Shown piece by piece: positions 51,899 to 61,696 of a stretch of 64,000 nt of DNA. The stretch's first letter is position 1. Every line of letters begins with the position of its first letter. The notes under the pieces were generated by a model, which saw nothing but the letters and a program-made list of their open reading frames with translations, did not search any database and had not been told where the DNA came from. Made by a program: the position numbers and the translations under genes. Source of the DNA: an uncultured Chloroflexia bacterium (GTDB lineage: Bacteria > Chloroflexota > Limnocylindria > Limnocylindrales > CSP1-4); assembly GCA_963707215.1 (NCBI GenBank), contig CAVPPB010000004.1, positions 1 through 64,000 of the forward strand, given 5' to 3'.

Positions 51899-52027
51899 GG
51901 GTCGGTCTCCTCCAAGCCGAAGGCCCGGCGACCCGACCATGTCAGGCTGGCCTGTGATGCGGCCGCGGGTCGTCGTCGGCGTCGCGGCCTATCGTCCCAC
52001 ACCGACGCCGCCGGTGAGCAGGGCGCA

Positions 52028-53047
52028 TCAGCCCGGCCGGGCCGACTCCGCCTCGTGCAGCTCCCCATCGTCCAGCTCCGCCCTGGCGTTCTCCCGGGCT
52101 GCCGCCCCTTCCTCGAGCCAGCGGGCCATGTTGCGGGTCACCGCAGTCGGCGACGCCAGGACCAGGTCCTCGATCAGGCGAGCCGCGCCCTCGTCCTCGA
52201 GGGGCGGTGGATGGTACCTGGCGAGCCGGCGGACTTCGGCGGGCGCGCTGGGCATGGCGGCGCCGTGGCCGACGGCCCGGATCATCTCGGCGTCGTTCCA
52301 CTGGTCGCCGATGGCGAGCGCCTGGGACAGGGGGACGTCTCTCCGTCGAGCCAGCCGAGTCAGCGCACGCGCCTTTGAGACGCCCGGGGCGACGAACTCG
52401 AGGAATCGAGGATGGCTGAGGGTGACCTCAGCGCGACCTGCGAAGGCGGCCCGGCCCGCCGCCAGGAGCCCCGGGGCGACCTTCGGGTCGCCGACCGAGA
52501 TCACCTTGGTCACCGGCCGCCGGATGGCTCCCTCCAGGTCGGGCACGAAGGTCGCCCGCGCCCCGAGGAACGACGAGTAGTCGTCGGCCCGGGGATCGTC
52601 GGCCGGCAGGATGAACCGCTCGAGGTGGTTGACGTGGGGCTCGAGACCGTTGGCCCGGCTCCAGCGGATCGCCGCGCGGGCGACGTCGGCGGCCAGTGGC
52701 GTGTGGGCGATGATGCGACCGACGGGACGGACCGCGCCGCCGCGCGCCCTGGCGCCGGGTCCGGGCATCTCGCGGATGAGGGCCCCCTGGAAGGCGACGA
52801 TCGGGTCGCGGATCCCCAGGGCCTCGGCGAAGACCACCGCGCTCGAGGCCATCCGGCCCGTGGCAAGCGAGACGGCGACCCCTCGATCGACGGCCGCCCG
52901 GACCGCGTCACGGGTGCGGTCGCGGAGGAGCAGATCATCGCCGACGAGCGTGCCGTCGATATCGAGGGCGATCAGGCGGATCGGCAGTCGTGGCTCGGGC
53001 CCCGGGTCCATCGCCGTGGCGGGGCGGGCTCGCGATGCGGCGGTCAA
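52028..53047 (-). CDS. Cof-type HAD-IIB hydrolase
   Basis: LIALDIDGTL, ATGR, VSKA, AIGDQWNDAEM. Confidence 0.9.
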   Translation of the reverse strand: MTAASRARPATAMDPGPEPRLPIRLIALDIDGTLVGDDLLLRDRTRDAVRAAVDRGVAVSLATGRMASSAVVFAEALGIRDPIVAFQGALIREMPGPGARARGGAVRPVGRIIAHTPLAADVARAAIRWSRANGLEPHVNHLERFILPADDPRADDYSSFLGARATFVPDLEGAIRRPVTKVISVGDPKVAPGLLAAGRAAFAGRAEVTLSHPRFLEFVAPGVSKARALTRLARRRDVPLSQALAIGDQWNDAEMIRAVGHGAAMPSAPAEVRRLARYHPPPLEDEGAARLIEDLVLASPTAVTRNMARWLEEGAAARENARAELDDGELHEAESARPG

Positions 53048-53940
53048 CCCGGACGCCTGACCCGGGCGACGCGCGGCAGGTCGGCGAGATCCCGCTCGAC
53101 CGTGCAGCGCCAGCCCGGCAGCACCGACGCGACCGCGGCAACGACGCCGTCTTCCTGGTCGGCCCCGATCTCGAGCAGGGCGACGCCGTCGATGGCCAGG
53201 TGGCGACGGAGGCGCTCCAGGAGCGCCCGGATGACGGCCAGACCATCTTCGCCGCCGTCGAGGGCCGCGGCCGGCTCGTAGGCCGTGGGGCGCGGCAGCG
53301 AGGCCATGGCGTCGGACCGCACGTAGGGCAGGTTCGCCATCACCACGTCGTAGGCGACGTCATCGGGCGGCAGCAGGTCGGCGACCAGGAGACGGACCGA
53401 GTCGGCCAGGACGTGGCTGACCACGTTCTCGGCGGCCACCCCCAGGGCGTCCGGCGAGACATCCGTCGCCAATATCGTCACGTCCTCGAGCATCCGTCGG
53501 CGACGGAGATCCACGGCCACGGCCACGGCCACCGCCCCGCTGCCGGTGCCGACGTCGACGAGCCGCAGCGGCGGGGTCCCGGGCGGCCGGGGAGCGGCCG
53601 TTAGCCGGGCCACCACCTCGGCGGCAGCAAGGTCCACGAGCCGCTCCGTCTCGGGCCTGGGGATCAGGACGCGCGGATCGACGCTGAGGGCGAGACCGTG
53701 GAACTCCTTGACACCCCGGATGTAGGCGACCGGCTCGCCCGCCTCGCGCCGGGCGATCAGCTCGCGGTAGGCCGCCGCGGCTGCCTCGCCGACCGGGGCC
53801 TCCCCGTGGGCCACCATCCGGGTCCGGTCCAGATCGAGGACGTGGCCGAGCAGCAGCTCCGCGTCGAGCCGGGGTGTCTCGGTGACCGTCCCGCGGAGGG
53901 CCGCGGTGCCCTCGGCCAGCAGCTCGGCGAGGGTCGTCAT
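53044..53940 (-). CDS. prmC: Release factor glutamine methyltransferase
   Basis: GEPVAYI, VLIPRPETE, DVGTGSG, ANLPY, ALDGGEDGL. Confidence 0.95.
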   Translation of the reverse strand: MTTLAELLAEGTAALRGTVTETPRLDAELLLGHVLDLDRTRMVAHGEAPVGEAAAAAYRELIARREAGEPVAYIRGVKEFHGLALSVDPRVLIPRPETERLVDLAAAEVVARLTAAPRPPGTPPLRLVDVGTGSGAVAVAVAVDLRRRRMLEDVTILATDVSPDALGVAAENVVSHVLADSVRLLVADLLPPDDVAYDVVMANLPYVRSDAMASLPRPTAYEPAAALDGGEDGLAVIRALLERLRRHLAIDGVALLEIGADQEDGVVAAVASVLPGWRCTVERDLADLPRVARVRRPG

Positions 53941-53948
53941 CGGGCGGC

Positions 53949-55052
53949 TCAGGCGACCCCGGCGGGCTCGGACTCGAGCAGCGCCGCCAGTCGGTCGGCC
54001 TGGTCGGCCGTGGTCAGCGCATCGATCATCTCGTCGAGATCGCCCTCGAGGAAGCCGGGCAGGTCGTACAGGTCCTTGCCGATGCGATGGTCGGTGATGC
54101 GGTTCTGCGGGTAGTTGTAGGTCCGGATCTTGTCGGAGCGGTCACCCGACCCGATCATCGACCGGCGGGCTGCCGAGCCCTCCGCGCGCTGACGGATCAT
54201 CTCCTGCTCGTAGAGCCGGGCCCGCAGGACGGCGAGCGCCTTGGCCTTGTTCTTGTGCTGGCTCTTCTCGTCCTGGATCTCGACGACGAGGCCGGTCGGC
54301 AGGTGGGTGATCCTGACCGCCGAATTGGTCGTGTTGACCGACTGGCCCCCGGGTCCGGACGCCCGCTTCACGTCGATCCGGAGGTCCTTCTCCTCGTCGA
54401 TCGCCACGTCGACCTCCTCGGCCTCCGGCATGACGACGACCGTGACGGTCGAGGTGTGGATCCGGCCGGACGATTCGGTGACGGGAACGCGCTGGACGCG
54501 GTGGACGCCGCCCTCGAACTTGAGGCGGCTGTAGGCACCGACCCCGCCCACGCGGACGATGGCCTCCTTGGTGCCGCCGATGCCCGTCTCGTTGAGGCTC
54601 ATCAGCTCGGCCCGCCATCGCTGGCGCTCGGCATAGCGCAGGTACATCCTGGTGAGCTCGCTGGCGAAGAGGGCGGCCTCGTCGCCGCCGGCGCCGGCCC
54701 GGATCTCGATGATCACGTCACGGTCGTCGTTGGGGTCGCGCGGCAGGACCAGCAGCCGGAGGCGATCGAGCAGCTCGGCCTCGCGGGCCTCGAGCCGGTC
54801 GGCTTCCTCGCGGGCCATGGCCCGGAGCTCGTCGTCGCTCTCCGCCTCACGCATCTGGTGGGCGCCCGCCAGCTCATCCCGGGTCCGCTCGAGGTCGCGG
54901 TAGGCGGCGACGATCGGCTCGAGCCGGGCCAACTCCTGGCCGAGCCGCCGGATCGCCGTGGGGTCGGACGCGACCGCTGGGTCGGCCAACTGCGCCTGAA
55001 CGTCCTCGTGCTGGCGAGCGACCTCGGCCAGGCGTTCGTCGAGCCCCTTCAC
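53949..55052 (-). CDS. prfA: Peptide chain release factor 1
   Basis: EIRAGAGG, HRVQRVPVTE (PxT motif of RF1), GPGGQSVN, IRTYNYPQNR. Confidence 0.97.
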   Translation of the reverse strand: MKGLDERLAEVARQHEDVQAQLADPAVASDPTAIRRLGQELARLEPIVAAYRDLERTRDELAGAHQMREAESDDELRAMAREEADRLEAREAELLDRLRLLVLPRDPNDDRDVIIEIRAGAGGDEAALFASELTRMYLRYAERQRWRAELMSLNETGIGGTKEAIVRVGGVGAYSRLKFEGGVHRVQRVPVTESSGRIHTSTVTVVVMPEAEEVDVAIDEEKDLRIDVKRASGPGGQSVNTTNSAVRITHLPTGLVVEIQDEKSQHKNKAKALAVLRARLYEQEMIRQRAEGSAARRSMIGSGDRSDKIRTYNYPQNRITDHRIGKDLYDLPGFLEGDLDEMIDALTTADQADRLAALLESEPAGVA

Positions 55053-55056
55053 GGGT

Positions 55057-56046
55057 TCACCCGTCGGGCGGGGGGTCGGCGGGTGCCTGCGGAGCCGGGG
55101 CCGGGGCGCCCGTCTCGACCTCCCTGCCCTGCAGGACGAGGGGCGAGCGCGGCAGATCGGCCGAGCCGGCGGGGACCTCGGCGCCGTCGGCCTGAAGCGC
55201 CTGTTCCATCGAGACGATGGCGACCTCGATCATGTCGTCGGTCGGCTGCTTGGTGGTGATCCGCTGGACCAGGATCCCCGGCCACATCAGGGCGGCGACG
55301 ATCGGGTTGGACCGATAGCGGGCCCCCAGGCGCAGCAGCTCATAGGAGATCGAGGCGATGACCGGGATCAGCAGGATCCGGCTGGCGACCATGACCAGCG
55401 GGGCCTGCCGGCCGACGAAGGCGAAGGCGACGATCGACACGAGGATGACGACGACGAGGAACTCGGTCCCGCAGCGGGGGTGGGCCGTCGGGTACTTGCG
55501 GATCTCATCGGTCGTCAGCGCGTCGCCATGCTCGTAGGCATGGATCGTCATGTGCTCGGCGCCGTGGTACTGGAAGACCCGGCGGATGTCCGGCGTCCTC
55601 GAGATCAGGGCCAGGTAGCCGATGAAGATGGCGGCTCGGAAGACGCCCTCGGCAAGATGTTGGACCAGCTCGTTGTCGATCCAGCCGAACAGCAGGCTCG
55701 CTCCGAGCAGCGGCGTCAGGAAGAAGATGACGACGCCGAGCAGGAGCGTCAGGCCGAGCATCAGGGCGACCGCACCCTTGCCCAGCTCCACGCCTTCGCC
55801 TTCGGCCTGCAGCGAGGCCGAGCGGATCAGCCAGCGGGTCCCGACCACGAGCGTCTCGTAGAGGACGACCAGCCCGCGGACGAACGGCAGCTTGGCCCAC
55901 CGGGTCTCACGGAAGCCGCCGCGCAGCGCCTCCTGCGACCAGACGATGCCCCCGTCGGGGTGTCGGAAGGCGACCGCGATCGAGTCCCGACCGCGCATGA
56001 GCACGCCTTCGATGAGCGCCTGACCGCCGTAGTTGAACCGTGCCAT
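55057..56046 (-). CDS. DUF1385 family membrane protein
   Basis: GGQALIEGVLMR, PFVRG, FQYHGAEH, HPRCGT, QRITTKQP. Confidence 0.92.
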   Translation of the reverse strand: MARFNYGGQALIEGVLMRGRDSIAVAFRHPDGGIVWSQEALRGGFRETRWAKLPFVRGLVVLYETLVVGTRWLIRSASLQAEGEGVELGKGAVALMLGLTLLLGVVIFFLTPLLGASLLFGWIDNELVQHLAEGVFRAAIFIGYLALISRTPDIRRVFQYHGAEHMTIHAYEHGDALTTDEIRKYPTAHPRCGTEFLVVVILVSIVAFAFVGRQAPLVMVASRILLIPVIASISYELLRLGARYRSNPIVAALMWPGILVQRITTKQPTDDMIEVAIVSMEQALQADGAEVPAGSADLPRSPLVLQGREVETGAPAPAPQAPADPPPDG

Positions 56047-56150
56047 GGGGGCAGTCTACCCGGCGTGCCGCAGCGGGCCATCGGGGCCGGGAACGCGACG
56101 GCGGGCCCGTCGGCCCGCCGCTGGGTCGCCGATCCGGCCTCGCCGGGGTC

Positions 56151-56363
56151 CTATGAGCGGGCCTGCCGTTCCAGGCGGCGCTGGAAGCGCTCGACCTGGC
56201 CGGCCGTGTCGATGATCGTCTGCTTGCCGGTGAAGAACGGGTGGCAGCTGCTGCAGACGTCGACCCGAAGCTCGGATCGGGTGGAGCCCACGGTGAACTC
56301 CGTGCCGCAGGACGCACAGTGGACCTGCGCGTCGTGGTACTTGGGGTGGATGTCGGCCTTCAC
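56151..56363 (-). CDS. rpmE: 50S ribosomal protein L31 (Zn-binding form)
   Basis: [25 protein letters not shown]. Confidence 0.97.
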   Translation of the reverse strand: MKADIHPKYHDAQVHCASCGTEFTVGSTRSELRVDVCSSCHPFFTGKQTIIDTAGQVERFQRRLERQARS

Positions 56364-56444
56364 GGGTCTCTCCTGCGGCGCCGTCCGATCGGGGTCACGG
56401 TGCCCCGCCGGTGGTCGCCCGCCTCGGCGTGCGGGGGTTGCGGG

Positions 56445-56711
56445 TCAGGCCGAGGCCTCGACCGCCTCCACCCGGACGCGCTTCTTGTCCTTGGTCGCGT
56501 GCTCGAAGCGGACGTGGCCGGTCACCGTCGCGAAGACGGTGTAGTCGCGGCCGAGCCCGGCGCCCTGGCCGGCCAGGAAGGTCATGCCGCGCTGGCGGAC
56601 GATGATCGAGCCGGCCGGGACGAGCTGACCGTCGCCGGCCTTGACGCCCAACCGCTGACCGACCGAGTCGCGGCCGTTCTTGGAGCTGGAGCCTGCCTTC
56701 TTGTGGGCCAT
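56445..56711 (-). CDS. rpmA: 50S ribosomal protein L27
   Basis: [16 protein letters not shown]...RLGVK...IIVRQRG. Confidence 0.97.
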   Translation of the reverse strand: MAHKKAGSSSKNGRDSVGQRLGVKAGDGQLVPAGSIIVRQRGMTFLAGQGAGLGRDYTVFATVTGHVRFEHATKDKKRVRVEAVEASA

Positions 56712-56716
56712 CGGGG

Positions 56717-57408
56717 CTACTCGTCCTTCTTGGTGGTGCGGCGCCGGCGCTTGGGAGCGGCGGGGGCGCTCTGGTCGGCGGCCTCGGCGGGGCGGCTCGG
56801 CGGGGGCGGCCTCGGCAGGGGCGGCCTCGGCGGGGGCGGCTCGGCGGCGCCTCGGCCGTCTCCTCGGCGGGCTCACTGGGCTTCTCTTCGGCCGGCCCGG
56901 TCGGGGCGGCGGCCTTGGCGGCCCGGCTCCGGGTGCGCTTGGGTGCGGCCGGCTCGGCCTTGGTCTCGCGGGCCGCGAGCTTGGCCGCGAGCTCGGCGTC
57001 CGCGGCGGCCTGCTTGGCGGCCGCCTCTTCGAGACGCTGGCGCTCGGTCTTCTTCGCTTCGCCGGCCTTGGCCTCCTCGGACGCCGCGCTGCGGCCTCCG
57101 AAGGTGATGTCGGAGACCCGCAGGACGGTCAGCTCCTGGCGATGACCCTTCTTGACCCGCCGGCGGGCCTTCGGGCGGTACTTGAAGACGATGACCTTGT
57201 CGGCGCGGGCCTGGCGGACCACTTCTGCGCTCACCGAGGCTCCCTCGACGAGCGGCCGGCCGATGGCGGCCTCGTCACCGTCGGCGACGAGGAGGACCCG
57301 GTCGAGGGTGATCGAGCCGCCCGGCTCCGTGTCGAGGTACTCGACCTCGAGAACGGTCCCGACCTCGACCCGATACTGCTTCCCGCCGGTCTCGATGACT
57401 GCGTACAT
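56717..57408 (-). CDS. rplU: 50S ribosomal protein L21 with long Ala/Glu/Lys/Pro tail (tail frameshifted)
   Basis: [14 protein letters not shown]...[10 protein letters not shown]...GHRQ; the tail ends [13 protein letters not shown] at TAG 56717-56719. Confidence 0.9.
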
Positions 57409-57596
57409 GGATCCTCGGATGGCGCTGGCGGCCGCGTCCGGCGGCCGCGTCATGGACGTGGGGACGCACCTCGGCAGGTCCGAGGCGCGAAGAGGGAGTG
57501 TACGGCCGGCGCCCGGGCGCGTCAACGACCTCGGACGCGCGAGCAGACCCGCCATCGGGGCCGGGATCCGGCGCTCGACCGCATCGGGAGCCAGGA

Positions 57597-58286
57597 TCAG
57601 GCCAGCTCGAGCGCCGTCCGACGGCCCTCGACGATCCGGAGGCGCCTGCCCGAGGCTTCCCCGAGCGCCGCGACGACCTCGTCCGGCCGGCCCGTCCCAA
57701 GCTGGGGATCGACCCTGAGTCGCATCCGGAGCACGGCCCGACCCGATCGGCCGTGCGGGTCGCCCTCAGCGGTCAGCTCGAGCAGGAACGGGCGGAGGTC
57801 GTAGGGCACGATCCGGTCGACCTTGGTCCGCTCGCGCGGAAGGTGCTCGGCGGCGGACAACCGATCGACAGCGGGGACGAGGTCGTCCAGGAGCGGACGC
57901 CGCTCGTCGTCCACCGAGACCACGAGGCGGTAGACGGCCGAGGCGACGCTCGCGGGCAGGGAGGGAGCGCCGAGCCAGACGTCGTGAAGATCGACCAGCG
58001 CATGGCCGGGTGGCATCGTCGCCTCGAGGGCCGAGCGGACCTCGGCCCGGGTCCTTCGCTTGGACAGCATGAACTCGATGGGTTCGGCATCGGCGACCAT
58101 GCCGACCGGCAGGGGGACCGAGGCCGCGATGCGCGGTCGGGGCCGGTCCGTGCCAGTCATCGCGACCGGCAGACCCGTCCCGGCCAGGGCCGTCTCCCAG
58201 GCCACCAGCTCGTCACGCTGGGACAGCCCGGTCGCGTCGAGGCCGCGGCGGTAGAAGATCCGCCAACGCTGGACGGCGGTGGTCAT
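57597..58286 (-). CDS. TIGR03936/DUF2344 radical-SAM-associated protein
   Basis: RWRIFYRR...LSQRDELVAWE..L..TGLPVA...RPRI...PLPVG..E, YDLRPF, GRPDEVVAAL. Confidence 0.8.
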   Translation of the reverse strand: MTTAVQRWRIFYRRGLDATGLSQRDELVAWETALAGTGLPVAMTGTDRPRPRIAASVPLPVGMVADAEPIEFMLSKRRTRAEVRSALEATMPPGHALVDLHDVWLGAPSLPASVASAVYRLVVSVDDERRPLLDDLVPAVDRLSAAEHLPRERTKVDRIVPYDLRPFLLELTAEGDPHGRSGRAVLRMRLRVDPQLGTGRPDEVVAALGEASGRRLRIVEGRRTALELA

Positions 58287-58328
58287 CGGTCTCGGGGGCC
58301 CTCCCTTGCTCTGGTAGTCTGCGCCACG

Positions 58329-59691
58329 ATGGAGGAGGGCGCCCGCCCCACGCCGCCCGTGCGCCGGGTACGGTTGCCGACCCCGCAGGTCGCGCTGGCG
58401 GTGCTGGCGGTCGTCGTCGTGGCCTTGCTCCTGTACCAGGGCGGCGACGCTCTCGGACCGTTCGTCATCGGGCTCCTGCTCGCCTACATCCTCGATCCGG
58501 TCGTCACCTTCCTGAACCGGCGACTTCGGATCCCGCGCTGGATCGGCATCCTCGCCCTCTACGTCGTCATCGTGGCGGTGCTCGTCCTCGTCGGCAGGAT
58601 CACCATCCTCGCCCTCGTCGAGCAGGTGGCAGCCTTCGTCGATCAGCTCCCCGAGCTCGTCCGCCAATGGGTCGCAGCCGTCCAGGAGTTCGTTGGGGGG
58701 CTCGCCTGGCTCTCACAGGGCGTTCGCGACGAGATCGCCCTCCAGCTCGACCAGCTGGTCGCCTCGCTGACCGGCGAGGGTCCACGGCCCGGCCTCGACG
58801 AGCTCGCGGGCTTCCTCCAGCTGTTCCAGTTCGCCGGGCCGATCGCCCGGGTCGCGACCGCCGTCGTGGCCTACTTCATCATCCCGATCTTCGTCTTCTA
58901 CGTCCTCAAGGACCGGCCGGCGCTGGTCGCCGGCGCCATGGCGGCCCTGCCCGAGTCGTGGCAGCCTGACGTCCGGGCGCTCGGCCGGGTGATCGAGCGG
59001 GTCTTCGGGCGCTGGCTGCGGGGTCAGCTGCTCCTGGGGCTCGTCGTCGGCGTCGCGACGTTCGTCGGTCTCGAGCTGCTCGGGCTCTTCGTCGACCCGG
59101 TCTTCGCCCACTTCGCCGTGCTTCCTGGCCATCATCGCCGGCGTCCTTGAGCTGGTCCCGATCATCGGCCCGATCATCGCCGCCATCCCGGCGCTGATCC
59201 TCGGGGCGACCGGTGGCCTCGACGCCATGGTCGCCGTGCTCCTGCTCTACCTCCGCGTCCAGCAGCTCGAGAACAACTTCCTGGTGCCCAAGATCCAGGG
59301 CGACGCCGTCGACCTCCACCCATCGCTCGTGCTCTTCGTCATCGTGCTGGGCGGTGCCCTCGGCGGCCTGCTCGGGGCGATCCTGGCGATCCCGGTCACG
59401 GCGACCGGACGGGACGTCCTGCGGTACCTGTTCATGCGGACCGCGCCCGAACCGGTCCCGGTAGCGGAGGCAGAGGCACGGGCGCTCCGGCCGGCGGCCT
59501 GGCGTCGCGCCCAGGCGAGGTCGGCGAGCGGCGGCCCCGAGACCGGGCGTGACGATGAGCCGACACCGGCCCAGGGAGTGGCGCCGGGCCGGAGCCCACC
59601 CTCGGCAACGCCGCCACCGAGGGGGCCGCGCCGGACCGGGCGCCGAGCCCGGGCCCGGACGCGACACATCGTCCTGAGGGGCCCTCGATGA
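58329..59691 (+). CDS. AI-2E (PerM) family permease, one frameshift
   Basis: PFVIGLLLAYILDPVV, FYVLKD, WLRGQL, ELVPIIGP, QQLENNFLVPKIQG...LHP, LAIPV; break near 59125. Confidence 0.88.
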
Positions 59692-60327
59692 CCTTCGAGC
59701 CAGCCGGCCAGACCGACCACTACAAGATCCTGCAGGTCGATCCCGAGGCCGATCCCGAGGTGATCCAGGCCGCCTACCACCGCCTCGCCCGCAAGTTCCA
59801 TCCTGACGTCGGCGGGTCGGCCGACGCGGAGCGGATGGCTCGCCTCAACCTGGCCTGGGAGGTCCTCCGCGACCCGGACCGCCGCGCCGCCTACGACCGA
59901 GCTCGGGCCAGGGCGGCCGTCCCGGTCACCGAGCGACTCCTCCCGTCCGGGGGCCGAAGCTGCGTCCGCGGCCGGTCCGGGTCGGGATCCGCACGGGCCT
60001 GCCGGAGCTGCCCAGGCCCGCCCGGCCGAGACCGTCTCACCCCACTGGACCAGCGGGCGCTCGTCGTCCGGTGGCGGGTACGACCCGTCGACCATGCGGA
60101 GCGCCGAGGGACAGGGCGCTGCCGGTCCGCCACCGGGCAAGCCGTCCGGCACCGTCCTCGGTTTCGGCCGCTACGCCGGCTGGTCCCTCGGCGAGATCGC
60201 CCGCGTGGACCTGGAGTACGTGGAGTGGCTCGACCGAGCGCCGATCGGCCGGGCCTACCGGGACGAGATCGATGCCCTCCTGCGCAAGGCGGGTCGGCGA
60301 CGCGCGGCCCGCCCCGGCGAGACGTGA
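59688..60327 (+). CDS. J-domain protein with a C-terminal FGRY (DUF3820-like) module, frameshifted
   Basis: DHYKILQV...AYHRLARKFHPD...LNLAWEVLRDPDRRAAYD; C-terminal fragment PSGTVLGFGRYAGWSLGEIARVDLEYVEWLDR ends at TGA 60327. Confidence 0.75.
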
Positions 60328-60421
60328 GCGGCGAGGGCTCTTCCGCCGCTGACGACGCCGGACAGCGAGCCGGGATCCGACCCGATCACCCGGCGCTTCC
60401 GACCGCTCGGGACTGCCGGAT

Positions 60422-61681
60422 CTACGCCGCCTTGGGCTCCGGGTCGTGCGCGTGGATCCGCTCCTCGACCGCCTTCGGGATCGCCCAGTTCAGCAGGAAC
60501 GGGGCCACGACGGTCGTCAGGACGACCGCGACCAGCACGGCGCTGAAGAGGTCCTCGGTCAGGACGCCGGCCGCGAGGCCGAGGGTGACCACGACGATGC
60601 CGACCTCGCCCCGTGGCACCATCCCGATCCCCACGGCGATCGAGCCCCACCGCCCCAGCCGCCGGGCGCCCAGGATCCCGCCGAGCGCCTTGGTGATGAC
60701 GCCGAGCACCGCGAGCACGATGGCCAGCACGACCACTCCGGGGTCGAGCAACGCGCTCAGGTCGAGCTGGGCCCCGGTGAAGGCGAAGAAGAACGGGGTG
60801 AAGATCGAGGCCAGCGGCCTGATCTCGTGCTCGAGCTCCTCGCGCGCCTCCGTCTCGGCCACGATGAGGCCGGCGACGAACGCCCCGATGATGGCGGCCA
60901 GGCCGACGAAGACGGCCAGCAGCGAGAACGCCAGCATCATCAGGAACGCGGGCACCAGCGGCGTGTCGGCGAACAGGGGCCAGGTGAAGGCCTCGCGCTT
61001 GACGCCCCTTGCCCGCCGGGCGATCGCGAAGCCGAGGATCACCAGGGCGACGCCGGCGACGGCAGCGACGAACGTCGAGGCGGAGAGGTCGCCTTCGACG
61101 AGACCCGAGACGATGCCGATGAGCACAAGGGCCAGCACGTCGTCGATGACGGCTGCGCCCAGCACGACCCTGGCGAAGGCGCGGTCGAGCACGTTCATGT
61201 CGGCAAGGACCCGACTCGTGATGCCGATGCTCGTGGCGGCCAGGGCCAGGCCGATGAAGGCCGCGGTGCCGAACGGCTCGCCGACGGCGACACCGACCGC
61301 GAAGCCGGCGGCGATCGGCAGCACCATCGCGATGAGGGCGGTCAGGACGGCCGGACGGCCGACCGCGAAGAGGTCGTCCAGACGGACCTCCAGGCCGACC
61401 GCGAAGAGCAGGATGACGACGCCGATCTCAGCGAAGACAGCCGCGGTCTCCCCGGGCTCCGGCAGGCCGATGAGACCGCCCAGGGCGAACGGCCCCACGA
61501 TGAAGCCGCCCACCAGCTCCCCGATGACGGCGGGCTGGCCGAGGCGGCGCGCGGCCTCCTCTCCCAACTTGGCCGCGAGCAGAAGGAGGAAGAGGCCGAA
61601 CAGGACCTCCGTCGGGGCGGCCGACGCGGACAGGCTGATCGGGTCGGCCGGGAGACCATCAAGGATGCTGGCGAAGGGCAC
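60422..61681 (-). CDS. Cation:proton antiporter (CPA2)
   Basis: GQPAVIGEL, LLFAVGLE, ATSIGIT, AAVIDD, IIGAFVAG, GMVPRGEV. Confidence 0.92.
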   Translation of the reverse strand: MPFASILDGLPADPISLSASAAPTEVLFGLFLLLLAAKLGEEAARRLGQPAVIGELVGGFIVGPFALGGLIGLPEPGETAAVFAEIGVVILLFAVGLEVRLDDLFAVGRPAVLTALIAMVLPIAAGFAVGVAVGEPFGTAAFIGLALAATSIGITSRVLADMNVLDRAFARVVLGAAVIDDVLALVLIGIVSGLVEGDLSASTFVAAVAGVALVILGFAIARRARGVKREAFTWPLFADTPLVPAFLMMLAFSLLAVFVGLAAIIGAFVAGLIVAETEAREELEHEIRPLASIFTPFFFAFTGAQLDLSALLDPGVVVLAIVLAVLGVITKALGGILGARRLGRWGSIAVGIGMVPRGEVGIVVVTLGLAAGVLTEDLFSAVLVAVVLTTVVAPFLLNWAIPKAVEERIHAHDPEPKAA

Positions 61682-61696
61682 CGGCGTGGACCTCCC

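Noticed and set aside
51899-52027. ZTP (pfl) or THF riboswitch upstream of glyA
   Set aside because: Conserved elements such as GACUGGCG and GCCUGGGC are not present.
56395-57555. 386-aa L21 reading through rpmA
   Set aside because: Frameshift in the repetitive tail; a sensible terminus and TAG lie 5 nt upstream of the rpmA start.
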